This document shows positions 9,254 through 16,971 of a stretch of 64,000 bases of DNA, piece by piece. The stretch lies in contig JAHFML010000002.1 of assembly GCA_023269085.1 (NCBI GenBank), positions 65,266 to 129,265 on the forward strand, read 5' to 3'. The position numbers and the translations under genes were made by a program. The stretch comes from a bacterium. Its GTDB lineage: Bacteria > Patescibacteriota > Minisyncoccia > Phycocordibacterales > Phycocordibacteraceae. Each line of letters begins with the position of its first letter. Within the stretch, counting starts at the first letter, position 1. Below the pieces are notes generated by a model. That model saw only the letters and a list, made by a program, of their open reading frames with translations. It did not search any database and had not been told where the DNA came from.

Positions 9254-9790
9254 ATGAGCGTCTCATTCAGTATCCCGCACGAGAATGTCCTGCGGCTCGG
9301 TCTCCACGAGGGCATGAAGGTCGGCGACTTCGGCGCGGGCTCTGGGCATTATGCCCGCGCCGCGGCCGCCATCGTTGGCTCGAGCGGGAAGGTCTATGCG
9401 ATTGATGTGCAAGAGGACATTCTCAAACACCTGAAGCTCAACACGCACGAGCACCACCAACGCACAATCGAAACAGTCTGGGGCGATATCGAGAAGCCGG
9501 GCGGCACTAACCTCCGCCCAGTGCTCCTCGACGCGGCTATCCTCGCGAACACCTTTTTCCAAGTCGAGAATCGGTTTGGCCTCCTCGCGGAGCTGAAGCG
9601 CGTCCTAAAGCCGGGTGGCAAGCTCATGCTCATCGACTGGGCGGGGAGCTATGGCGGCATGGGCCCCGCGCCCGAGCAGGTCGTGAGCGAGCATGAAGCA
9701 GAAAGTTTTTTTATCAGCGGTGGCTTCTATAAGGCCAGCTCCTTCCGCGCCGGACCGCATCATTACGGCATTATCTTCACCGCGCCATAG
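9254..9790 (+). CDS. Class I SAM-dependent methyltransferase
   Basis: Motif I VGDFGAGSGHYA, motif post-I VYAIDV; start moved to ATG 9254 because the upstream ORF part overlaps the REP. Confidence 0.7.
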   Translation: MSVSFSIPHENVLRLGLHEGMKVGDFGAGSGHYARAAAAIVGSSGKVYAIDVQEDILKHLKLNTHEHHQRTIETVWGDIEKPGGTNLRPVLLDAAILANTFFQVENRFGLLAELKRVLKPGGKLMLIDWAGSYGGMGPAPEQVVSEHEAESFFISGGFYKASSFRAGPHHYGIIFTAP

Positions 9791-9791
9791 T

Positions 9792-11099
9792 ATGAAAATC
9801 TCTCTCTTCCAAGGCATCTTGCTCGCGGTCTTCAGCTTCGCGGCGCTTATCGGTATCTTCGTCTTCGCGACGCACACGAGCAATTCTTCAAACACTTCTA
9901 CGGCTGTCGGCACTGTTGTCATCTGGGGCACGCTCCCGAAGGCAGGTCTGCAACAGGCGCTCACGATGCTCGCGCAGACAGACACCACGCTCAGCGGGAT
10001 CTCGTATGTGCAGAAGGATCAAAACGAATTCGCGACGGACCTTGCCGGGGCGATAGCGACTGGCGCCGCACCAGACTTAGTGCTCGCTTCGCAAGAAGAG
10101 TTGCAGTCGCTCACGAAACTTCTCACGCCGATACCTTCAGCGACGCTCTCGGCGGCAACCTTCACCTCGGCATTCATCGGCGAGAGCCGGCTCCTCCAGG
10201 TGCCCGACGGGTCAGGCTACTGGGGCCTCCCGTTCTTGGTTGATCCGCTCGTCCTCTTCTCGAACAGCTCAATCCTCGCGAGCAATGGCATCGCCGCACC
10301 TCCTGCGACATGGGAATCTCTCACGGGGCTCGTGCCAGTCGTAGCGAATCTCACGCCAACCAAGCAGATTACACGCGGTCTCATCGCGCTCGGCACCTAT
10401 GACAATGTCCGCGACGCGCGCGGCATCCTCTCGTCGCTCTTTATGCAAGTCGGTGTGCCGATCTCTACCTATCGCAATGGTGTCTTGGGAGTCGACTTGA
10501 GCGGGAGCCATTCGTCTGGCGTTGGCGCCGGACAGGCCGCGCTCGACTTCTATGCACAATTCGCCGATCCGTCGAAGCTCTCCTACACCTGGAACGCCTC
10601 GTTGCCCGATTCCCAGAAAGCATTTATCGCCGGCAATCTCGCGCTGTATCTCGGCTACGCTTCTGAAGCGCGTTTCCTGCGCGCCGCGAACCCGAACCTC
10701 GACTTCCGCGTGACTGCTCTGCCACAGCCCGCCACTGCCGCCGACAAGAGCACCTACGGGCTCCTCTACGCGCTCATGATCCCGCGCGGCGCGAAGAATG
10801 CATCGGGCGCCTTCGCCGCCGCGTCGCTCTTCACCAATAACGCCGGGCAAGCCGCCTTCGCGAATGCTACCGGCCTCGCGCCCGTCACGATCTCCAGACT
10901 CGCGACGACACCCGACGACCCTGTCGCGGCAGTCGCTGCCGCTGAGGCGTTGTACGCGAAGGGTTGGTTGTCCCCAGCGCCCGCCGATACGGACGCCATC
11001 TTTTCGAGTATGATTACCAGCGTGATCAGCGGCCGTCTCAACACTCTGACCGCGCTTACCACCGGGGCGAGCGCCCTCTCTATCCTCTTACAAAAATAA
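9792..11099 (+). CDS. Membrane-anchored extracellular solute-binding-protein-like protein (SBP family 1-like fold suspected)
   Basis: N-terminal TM ISLFQGILLAVFSFAALIGIFVF followed by ~400 aa Ala/Ser/Thr-rich periplasmic-like domain with MalE-like spacing; start moved to ATG 9792 (ORF track 9693 overlaps MTase). Confidence 0.45.
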   Translation: MKISLFQGILLAVFSFAALIGIFVFATHTSNSSNTSTAVGTVVIWGTLPKAGLQQALTMLAQTDTTLSGISYVQKDQNEFATDLAGAIATGAAPDLVLASQEELQSLTKLLTPIPSATLSAATFTSAFIGESRLLQVPDGSGYWGLPFLVDPLVLFSNSSILASNGIAAPPATWESLTGLVPVVANLTPTKQITRGLIALGTYDNVRDARGILSSLFMQVGVPISTYRNGVLGVDLSGSHSSGVGAGQAALDFYAQFADPSKLSYTWNASLPDSQKAFIAGNLALYLGYASEARFLRAANPNLDFRVTALPQPATAADKSTYGLLYALMIPRGAKNASGAFAAASLFTNNAGQAAFANATGLAPVTISRLATTPDDPVAAVAAAEALYAKGWLSPAPADTDAIFSSMITSVISGRLNTLTALTTGASALSILLQK

Positions 11100-11100
11100 T

Positions 11101-11526
11101 ATGCGTACTTTCATCATCGCTTCGCTCGCCGTTCTACTTTTAGAAGTTGCTATCCCTATGGGAGTCTTCGCCGCGACTGCGGGTGTAAATGATCCGACTT
11201 CTAGTGGTGGAAGTGGAAGTGCGGGAACAAATGTTGCCCCAACCAGCAACTCCGCCGTCCAGCTCGTGAATCCGCTCAAGGGCGGCGCAACGCTCTCATC
11301 GTTCTTGAGCGATATCTTAAAGTTCGTCATCCAGATCGGCACCATCGCTATCATCCTCATGCTCGTCTTCGTCGGGTATACGTTCGTCGCCGCACAGGGC
11401 GCTCCCGCGAAGATCGAAGAGGCGAAGAAGATGCTTCTCTGGACCATCATTGGCGCGCTCGTCCTTCTCGGCGCACAGGCTATCTCCGCGGCTATACAAG
11501 CAACGGTGGGCGCACTTGGCGGCTGA
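11101..11526 (+). CDS. VirB2/TrbC-type pilin-like protein (T4SS pilin family, paralog 1)
   Basis: Signal peptide ...GVFA/A, then TM1 IGTIAIILMLVFVGYTFVAAQGAP, charged loop AKIEEAKKM, TM2 LLWTIIGALVLLGAQAI; architecture of VirB2/TrbC-like pilins. Confidence 0.6.
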   Translation: MRTFIIASLAVLLLEVAIPMGVFAATAGVNDPTSSGGSGSAGTNVAPTSNSAVQLVNPLKGGATLSSFLSDILKFVIQIGTIAIILMLVFVGYTFVAAQGAPAKIEEAKKMLLWTIIGALVLLGAQAISAAIQATVGALGG

Positions 11527-11527
11527 T

Positions 11528-11797
11528 ATGACTTTCGCCCAATTCGTCGGAGATGGTTCGACCGGTGTTATAGGCATCTTCAATACGGTCGTCATCCCGC
11601 TCCTCTTCTCGCTCGTATTCCTCGTCTTCGTATGGGGCGTCGTGTCCTACTTCTTCATCCATGGCGACGAAGAGACGAAGCGCGGCGAAGGGCGCAAGTT
11701 CATGCTCTGGGGCGTTATCGGCGTCGCGGTGCTCCTCTCGACATGGGGCTTCGTCAATCTTATCCTGGCTACTCTCGGTCTCGCGCCTGGCGCGTAA
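11528..11797 (+). CDS. VirB2/TrbC-type pilin-like protein (paralog 2)
   Basis: VIPLLFSLVFLVFVWGVVSYFFIHGDEETKRGEGRKFMLWGVIGVAVLLSTWGFVNL; TGAtATG coupling to upstream gene; start at ATG 11528. Confidence 0.6.
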   Translation: MTFAQFVGDGSTGVIGIFNTVVIPLLFSLVFLVFVWGVVSYFFIHGDEETKRGEGRKFMLWGVIGVAVLLSTWGFVNLILATLGLAPGA

Positions 11798-11815
11798 TGC
11801 TATACTGAAAGTTAT

Positions 11816-12247
11816 ATGACACCTACTCTTCTCGCTCAAGCAACCAATGTCCCCGGACCGTATGTCCAGTCGGTTAATAGTCAAGTGAATTACGGCATTA
11901 GTAACGGCGTTGGGAGCTATGGAAGCGGTATCGGTTATATTCCAAATATAGGCTCCTACGGGAGCGGCATCACCGGTATCGCAGGGACTATCCTCTATCT
12001 CATCAACTCAGTGCTCGTACCGCTCATCTTCGCGGTCTCATTTATCGTATTCCTCTATGGCGTGGCGAGCACCTACATCTTCTCTCACGGCGAGCCGGCA
12101 GAGGTAGAGAAGGGGCATAAGGTTATCCTCTGGGGTCTCATCGGCTTCGTCGCGATGGTCTCGCTCTGGGGCTTGGTCAATGTCGTGGCGAATACCTTCG
12201 GCTTGAACGGCATGATCTCCCCCGGGCGTTTGCCGACATCTTATTAG
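11816..12247 (+). CDS. VirB2/TrbC-type pilin-like protein (paralog 3, Gly/Ser/Tyr-rich N-terminal region)
   Basis: LVPLIFAVSFIVFLYGVASTYIFSHGEPAEVEKGHKVILWGLIGFVAMVSLWGLVNVV. Confidence 0.6.
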   Translation: MTPTLLAQATNVPGPYVQSVNSQVNYGISNGVGSYGSGIGYIPNIGSYGSGITGIAGTILYLINSVLVPLIFAVSFIVFLYGVASTYIFSHGEPAEVEKGHKVILWGLIGFVAMVSLWGLVNVVANTFGLNGMISPGRLPTSY

Positions 12248-12264
12248 CATAATCAATTCTCCCT

Positions 12265-12567
12265 ATGCCCGGCTCCGTCAATGTCTCACTCGTCCAAGGA
12301 TACTCGAACAGCATCCTCACGGTCATCAATCAGAGTCTCGTGCCGGTGCTCTTCGCCATCGCCTTCATCATGTTCCTCTGGGGCGTGTACAAATATTTCA
12401 TCATCGGCGCGACTGAAGATAAGAAGCGCGAAGAAGGGAGACATTTCGTCCTTTGGAGCATCATCGGCTTCGCGGTTATTCTCTCGGTATGGGGACTCGT
12501 CGCCGTCGTGACGAGCACATTCAACTTGCCTGCCGGCGCTACGCCTCCTAGTTACCCGAAGCTCTAA
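12265..12567 (+). CDS. VirB2/TrbC-type pilin-like protein (paralog 4)
   Basis: LVPVLFAIAFIMFLWGVYKYFIIGATEDKKREEGRHFVLWSIIGFAVILSVWGLVAVV. Confidence 0.6.
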   Translation: MPGSVNVSLVQGYSNSILTVINQSLVPVLFAIAFIMFLWGVYKYFIIGATEDKKREEGRHFVLWSIIGFAVILSVWGLVAVVTSTFNLPAGATPPSYPKL

Positions 12568-12655
12568 CTATCCACCTATCCACACCCCTTCGCGAAGTGC
12601 GTTGACCCGGTGCTATGAAAAGGTACAATAACCTCATTACTCGTTCATCTATCTT

Positions 12656-13036
12656 ATGAAAAAAGCTCTTGCCATCACATCCGTCTCGCTTGCCACTCTC
12701 GCTCTACCGATTGTCTCTTCTGCCGCCACAACGATCACCGACCTGAACGGTGTCGGTAACTTCATCATCAATACTATCAATGGTCTTATCGTTCCTGTCC
12801 TCTTCGCGATTGCCTTCATCGTCTTCGTCTATGGCGCCTTCGAGACCTTCATCATCGGCGCGAACAAGGAGGAGGTGAAGGATAAAGGGAAAAACCTCAT
12901 GCTCTGGGGCCTCATCGGCTTCTTCGTCATGGTCTCGGTCTGGGGCCTCGTGAACATCCTCACGAGCACGGTCAGCTTCGGCAACAACGGCGGTATCAGC
13001 AATCCGCCCAAGGCCGGCGTGAATATCGGCAACTAA
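12656..13036 (+). CDS. VirB2/TrbC-type pilin-like protein (paralog 5, with cleavable signal peptide)
   Basis: Signal peptide MKKALAITSVSLATLALPIVSSAA; IVPVLFAIAFIVFVYGAFETFIIGANKEEVKDKGKNLMLWGLIGFFVMVSVWGLVNIL. Confidence 0.6.
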   Translation: MKKALAITSVSLATLALPIVSSAATTITDLNGVGNFIINTINGLIVPVLFAIAFIVFVYGAFETFIIGANKEEVKDKGKNLMLWGLIGFFVMVSVWGLVNILTSTVSFGNNGGISNPPKAGVNIGN

Positions 13037-13043
13037 CACAAGG

Positions 13044-13316
13044 ATGGCCGCTCTTAGCAAGTTCCTCGGCCTAGTCGTCGTGCAGATAATCAATCCGATT
13101 ATCCTCTTGCTCGCGGGCGCGGCGTTCGTCCTCTTCGTCTGGGGCGGCTTCCAATTCGTCCTCCATGCGGGCGACGACACGAAGCGGGCAGAGGGACGGC
13201 AAGCTATCCTCTGGGGCCTCGTCGGGCTCGTGATTATCTTCGGCGCCTATAGCATCATCAATCTCGCTCTGGGCGCGTTCAACATAGCGCCAATTCATAA
13301 GATATCGGGTTCATAA
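13044..13316 (+). CDS. VirB2/TrbC-type pilin-like protein (paralog 6, shortest)
   Basis: ILLLAGAAFVLFVWGGFQFVLHAGDDTKRAEGRQAILWGLVGLVIIFGAYSIINL. Confidence 0.55.
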   Translation: MAALSKFLGLVVVQIINPIILLLAGAAFVLFVWGGFQFVLHAGDDTKRAEGRQAILWGLVGLVIIFGAYSIINLALGAFNIAPIHKISGS

Positions 13317-13334
13317 AGCAAGAATAGAAAAAAG

Positions 13335-13360
13335 CCGCGACTTGCGTCGCGGCCTTTGTG
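13335..13360. terminator. Bidirectional rho-independent terminator (GCCGCGAC-ttgc-GTCGCGGC flanked by A-run on one side, T-run on the other)
   Basis: aaaaaaGCCGCGACttgcGTCGCGGCctttgt; closes the pilin array (+) and gene 13371..14036 (-). Confidence 0.75.
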
Positions 13361-13370
13361 CCGAATGATG

Positions 13371-14036
13371 CTACTCCGGTAAGATGCCTGTTGTCGGACA
13401 TGAGCTCATAAAGCGATAGCTCAATCTAGCAATGTCTTTTTTTGCTTTGAACTGCCAGAAAGTGCCACTGCCATTGGACCAGCGCTTGAACTCAACCCCC
13501 TCATCGGGGGTGAAGCACAGTTGTTTGCCGTAGGAGCTGGGTCCGGCCGTTGCGCCAGAGAGTGCGCGTGTCCATGTGGTGTTGATAAGACAATGTTTCG
13601 TCTCATCACCACGCGGATCAGCACAGGTCACGTCAGGGGCTGAACCGTTGACAACCAGAGTCGATACCGGTCCGGCTACCCAGATCGCGATCACGAGGAT
13701 CGCCACCCAGGAGAACGCGGTCTCTGTCTTGGCCTTCGCGAAGTGCACGAGGGCCCAGATGATGAGACCAGCCGAGACGATCACGACAGCCCAATTTTCC
13801 CGGGCCAACGTGCTCGTCTGAGTTACGGTCGGGTTGGTGCTGTAGAGCCACCAGAGGATTGCGACACCGGCGATGACACCAACCCATGTCCAGAACACCT
13901 TCTTCTTATCCGAAGGCCCCTGTATCTGGGTTGCCATACCGCCGACCGCGACGGCAATCTTCTTAGCGTGCTCCCAATACACGATGAGCAGAAGGCCGGC
14001 CATGACAAGCAATGCGCCGATTATTTTTCCGGTCAT
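13371..14036 (-). CDS. Hypothetical polytopic membrane protein (4 TM) with Cys-containing C-terminal extracytoplasmic domain
   Basis: Four hydrophobic helices then ...DVTCADPRGDETKHCLINTTW...QLCFTPDEG...; ATGA overlap with upstream SPFH gene. Confidence 0.5.
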   Translation of the reverse strand: MTGKIIGALLVMAGLLLIVYWEHAKKIAVAVGGMATQIQGPSDKKKVFWTWVGVIAGVAILWWLYSTNPTVTQTSTLARENWAVVIVSAGLIIWALVHFAKAKTETAFSWVAILVIAIWVAGPVSTLVVNGSAPDVTCADPRGDETKHCLINTTWTRALSGATAGPSSYGKQLCFTPDEGVEFKRWSNGSGTFWQFKAKKDIARLSYRFMSSCPTTGILPE

Positions 14037-15124
14037 GATTTATCTCCTTTGGGTTGCAATACGGTTTGAGCGGCTTTCACCACCCCCATGAGGTCTGTCA
14101 TACCACCTCCAGCACCGACAACGACCGTGTTGGCGTTGATGAGCGATTTGGCAGTCTCAGAAGCGAGAACGGCCTCACCGCTAACGCCGAGAGCGTCGAG
14201 CATCTTCTTGCGTCCCTCGGCTTCAGCCATAAGCTTAGCCCGGGTTGCCGAAGCGACACCTTCGCCAGCCTTGATAGCCTTGGTCTTGTCTGCTTCGGCG
14301 GTGATCACCTCTTGTTCTGCGGTTGCCCGCGCGACAGGGATACCAGCAAGGGCATTACTGACCGCAAGAGAAACATCAGGAGAAATAAGACGAACCGACT
14401 CGATCGTGATGCCAAGATGGTTAAGACGATCTCGCATTTTCTTACGAAGAGCATCGTTAGTCTCGGGGAGTTTCTTGATGAAGCCTGCCGGAGTAGTGCC
14501 GGACGCAACCTCGGCGATAATAATCTCGCCGATGTCGCGGACCTGCTTCTCGACCTGCTTTTCGTCCCCGAAGTTCGCCACGAAGTTGAATATGTCGGTG
14601 ATGGCATATTGAACGACGAAGCTCACGATGAGGGTCATCTGTGCATCAAGAATGCCAGTCTCTCCCTTTGTAGGGTCGGGGTCGGGTGCGCGTGTTACGA
14701 CACGAATCGGCCGCACCATGTCCTTGTCGGTGAGCGGTTCGTTGTCGTGTCCGCGGAAGACCTTTTCAGGTTCGCCCGGGCACTGGAACTCCTGTACCAG
14801 TCGTGATTTCGATTTGATTTGCATCAGACCGAACGGCAGGAAGTGAGGACCAGAACCGAGCTTGCTGAGAGCTCTGCCATAACAATACGCACCAGCAATT
14901 GCATCTGCCGAAGCGGTCTTGAATGACAGGATGCTGTAGAAGAGCGCGAGCTCAAAGAAGGTCAAACCACCGTTGAACTCGATCTCGCCGAACTTGAGCG
15001 ACCGGTTTTGGGTAATCCACGCGAGGATAAGCAACGCGCCGATAATCGCAATCCCGGCAAACAACAACTTCTTGTACAACTCATGATCTCCCAACACAGG
15101 TGCTGGACCTTGGTTTTCAGCCAT
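14033..15124 (-). CDS. SPFH/band-7 (flotillin/YqiK-like) membrane protein
   Basis: N-terminal TM, SPFH core with Ala/Glu-rich coiled region ...AEADKTKAIKAGEGVASATRAKLMAEAEGRKKML... Confidence 0.7.
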   Translation of the reverse strand: MAENQGPAPVLGDHELYKKLLFAGIAIIGALLILAWITQNRSLKFGEIEFNGGLTFFELALFYSILSFKTASADAIAGAYCYGRALSKLGSGPHFLPFGLMQIKSKSRLVQEFQCPGEPEKVFRGHDNEPLTDKDMVRPIRVVTRAPDPDPTKGETGILDAQMTLIVSFVVQYAITDIFNFVANFGDEKQVEKQVRDIGEIIIAEVASGTTPAGFIKKLPETNDALRKKMRDRLNHLGITIESVRLISPDVSLAVSNALAGIPVARATAEQEVITAEADKTKAIKAGEGVASATRAKLMAEAEGRKKMLDALGVSGEAVLASETAKSLINANTVVVGAGGGMTDLMGVVKAAQTVLQPKGDKS

Positions 15125-15217
15125 GATGTTCTCCTAGAACAATTGAATTTCGGAGTAGCGGAAAGAGCTACTTTCTGATGTGGATAATACACGAAACGGA
15201 TATAAAGTCAAGTGCGG

Positions 15218-15299
15218 TGCTGGGGAGAGGACTTGAACCTCCATGGGTTGCCCCGCGAGCTCCTAAGGCTCGTGCGTCTACCAATTTCGCCACCCCAGC
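15218..15299 (-). tRNA. tRNA-Leu (anticodon TAG), class II with long variable arm
   Basis: Manual fold: acceptor GCTGGGG/CCCCAGC, D-arm GGCGAAATTGGTAGACGC, anticodon loop CUUAGGA, variable arm CGGGGCAACCCATG, T-arm GAGGTTCAAGTCCTC. Confidence 0.85.
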
Positions 15300-15363
15300 A
15301 GGTGTGCATCAAGGCACTTCCACAGAATACTATGTTCTGCTATATTTTGCTTACGCGCCAGAT

Positions 15364-15436
15364 GCGCCCATAGCTCAGTTGGTAGAGCAGCTCCCTCTTA
15401 AGGAGACGGTCCAAGGTTCGAATCCTTGTGGGCGCA
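15364..15436 (+). tRNA. tRNA-Lys (anticodon CTT)
   Basis: Acceptor GCGCCCA/TGGGCGC, D-arm GCTCAGTTGGTAGAGC, anticodon loop CUCUUAA, T-arm CAAGGTTCGAATCCTTG. Confidence 0.85.
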
Positions 15437-15448
15437 CAAAAGTTTTAG

Positions 15449-15536
15449 TGCCGAGGGCGGGAATCGAACCCGCACGAGCCTATTAGAGCTCACGACATTT
15501 TAAGTGTCGAGTGTCTACCAATTTCACCACCTCGGC
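15449..15536 (-). tRNA. tRNA-Leu (anticodon TAA), class II
   Basis: Acceptor GCCGAGG/CCTCGGC, anticodon stem-loop CGACA-CUUAAAA-UGUCG, long variable arm, T-arm GGGTTCGATTCCCGC. Confidence 0.85.
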
Positions 15537-16026
15537 GCACACCCTTATTTCTACCACGATGTGTAGGCTTCAGGCTATGGCAATTTGGGCAGAGAATGCG
15601 AAGATTCTCGAGTCGGTTATCTGAATGATCCCCATTGATATGATCGATCTCTATGGGAACACGTCCATCCTCACTCTGTTCTGCCCAGCCACACTCCTCA
15701 CATTTTGGTTTTTTCAGACCAGCCTTGAATAGCCGCTTCTTTAGTTGATGAATTGAGAAGTGACTATTTGAAATGAGGATTTCTTCAAGCGTGAGAGAAG
15801 GTTTCTTCAGAACGTTCTTGCCCTTACTCCAGCCTTTCCCCAAGAAATGATTAGTGTCGATGCCGTATTCTTCGGCGTATTTTTCGAAGTAACGATAATT
15901 TCCTCCTGCACCGCGCAAATTCATTTTTCCCAGAGCCTCTCGCACACTTTGAGATGAAGCAATTGTCTTTCGCAAGGAGGCTTCTTCCCAGTGGTTCTTG
16001 ATGGCTCTCATGCACACAGTATACAC
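15490..16026 (-). CDS. HNH endonuclease (homing-endonuclease-like); 3' end overlaps tRNA-Leu(TAA)
   Basis: HNH motif EIDHINGDHSDNRLENLRILCPNCH; C-terminal ~15 codons run into the tRNA gene on the same strand, so the true C-terminus is uncertain. Confidence 0.55.
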   Translation of the reverse strand: MYTVCMRAIKNHWEEASLRKTIASSQSVREALGKMNLRGAGGNYRYFEKYAEEYGIDTNHFLGKGWSKGKNVLKKPSLTLEEILISNSHFSIHQLKKRLFKAGLKKPKCEECGWAEQSEDGRVPIEIDHINGDHSDNRLENLRILCPNCHSLKPTHRGRNKGVRRGGEIGRHSTLKMS

Positions 16027-16058
16027 CCTGTGCGTCTACCATTCCGCCATCTCGGCAA

Positions 16059-16418
16059 TCAGTCTGGAAGCGCGACACCTGTCGCGCGGGCGAGTGTCGC
16101 TATCTGTCGGTCGTGCCGGACTAAGTGCGCGCTACCCGCGCCGTTCTCCGTCCACAAGTCATGCATCCCGCCGACAATGCCGTCGAGCTTATTTTCCATC
16201 CGGCCGATGACCATCGCCATCGCGCCTATTTCTTCATGCACTTCGCCTAGCTCGACCTTTACATCGGCAATCGCTTCTTTGAGATCAACTTTTGTAGCGT
16301 ACTTCTTAAATTCCCTTTTTATGTAATCTTTTGTAGGGTACTTCTTCAATTCGTTCCTCAAGTCATCCTTCGTCGCAAAGGTGTCTTTGAGCTTTTCGAT
16401 ATCCGCATTGGTAATCAT
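16059..16418 (-). CDS. Hypothetical small protein with tandem KKYPTKDYIKREFKKYATKVDLKE-type repeats
   Basis: ORF plus ~39-bp DNA tandem repeat at ~16288-16353; no recognizable domain. Confidence 0.3.
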   Translation of the reverse strand: MITNADIEKLKDTFATKDDLRNELKKYPTKDYIKREFKKYATKVDLKEAIADVKVELGEVHEEIGAMAMVIGRMENKLDGIVGGMHDLWTENGAGSAHLVRHDRQIATLARATGVALPD

Positions 16419-16445
16419 GGTGATGGTATATTACCATGGAGCGAT

Positions 16446-16517
16446 GGCCAGGTGGTGAAGTGGTAACACAGCGGTCTGCAAAACCGCGATGCGCGGGTTC
16501 GATTCCCGCCCTGGCCT
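16446..16517 (+). tRNA. tRNA-Cys (anticodon GCA)
   Basis: Acceptor GGCCAGG/CCTGGCC, anticodon stem-loop GCGGT-CUGCAAA-ACCGC, T-arm GCGGGTTCGATTCCCGC, discriminator T. Confidence 0.85.
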
Positions 16518-16519
16518 CA
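16500..16519. repeat. Direct repeat copy 1 (3' end of tRNA-Cys, CGATTCCCGCCCTGGCCTCA)
   Basis: Identical 20-mer recurs at 16640-16659. Confidence 0.85.
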
Positions 16520-16639
16520 AGAGCAATGCGCTAGCATTACTCGGCGGGAATCGAATGCCGGAGCGATGTTCAGTCAGCAGACTGAACCGCGAGGCGGGGT
16601 CGCGACCGAGCCGAGTGACGACGAGGCGAGAGTTGTGAC

Positions 16640-16659
16640 CGATTCCCGCCCTGGCCTCA
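16640..16659. repeat. Direct repeat copy 2 (displaced duplicate of tRNA-Cys 3' end; att-like)
   Basis: CGATTCCCGCCCTGGCCTCA 120 bp downstream of the intact tRNA; an inverted partial copy CGGCGGGAATCGAA lies in between (16545-16558). Confidence 0.8.
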
Positions 16660-16971
16660 CTATTCAGGCGCGCCGGTGTGCTCGCGGTTGTCGAGAAGGA
16701 AGTTGATGCGCGGAAGCGGGTGAAGCCGCGCGTGCGCCTTCAGGTGGTCAGAGAACGCTTCGCGCTGACGGTTGAGGAATGAGAGCGCCGAGTGCGCCAT
16801 CTCTTCGGGGAAGATGCTGACGAAGACGCGCACCTGTGCGCCGTGCTCTGCCGCCTCGGCGCGGACGACGGTAATGAGCGAGCCTGGGCCTGCCTCGCGC
16901 GCGATGAATTGCGCCGCCTCTTGAGCGATGACGCCGAGCACGCGGCCGGTACGTTCGCGCTTCGTTATCAT
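16660..16971 (-). CDS. rbfA: Ribosome-binding factor A
   Basis: 103 aa, RbfA-like KH fold sequence (RV..I..E....I...); immediately downstream of infB with 4-nt overlap, the conserved infB-rbfA arrangement. Confidence 0.75.
   Translation of the reverse strand: MITKRERTGRVLGVIAQEAAQFIAREAGPGSLITVVRAEAAEHGAQVRVFVSIFPEEMAHSALSFLNRQREAFSDHLKAHARLHPLPRINFLLDNREHTGAPE

Noticed and set aside
9693-9791. Upstream extension of ORF 9693..11099 and of several other ORFs (992, 9188, 24551, 26054, 35000, 49715, 52105, 61009, 19535)
   Set aside because: Extensions overlap the preceding gene or a REP element and lack the TM/signal start; internal ATG starts give contiguous non-overlapping genes.
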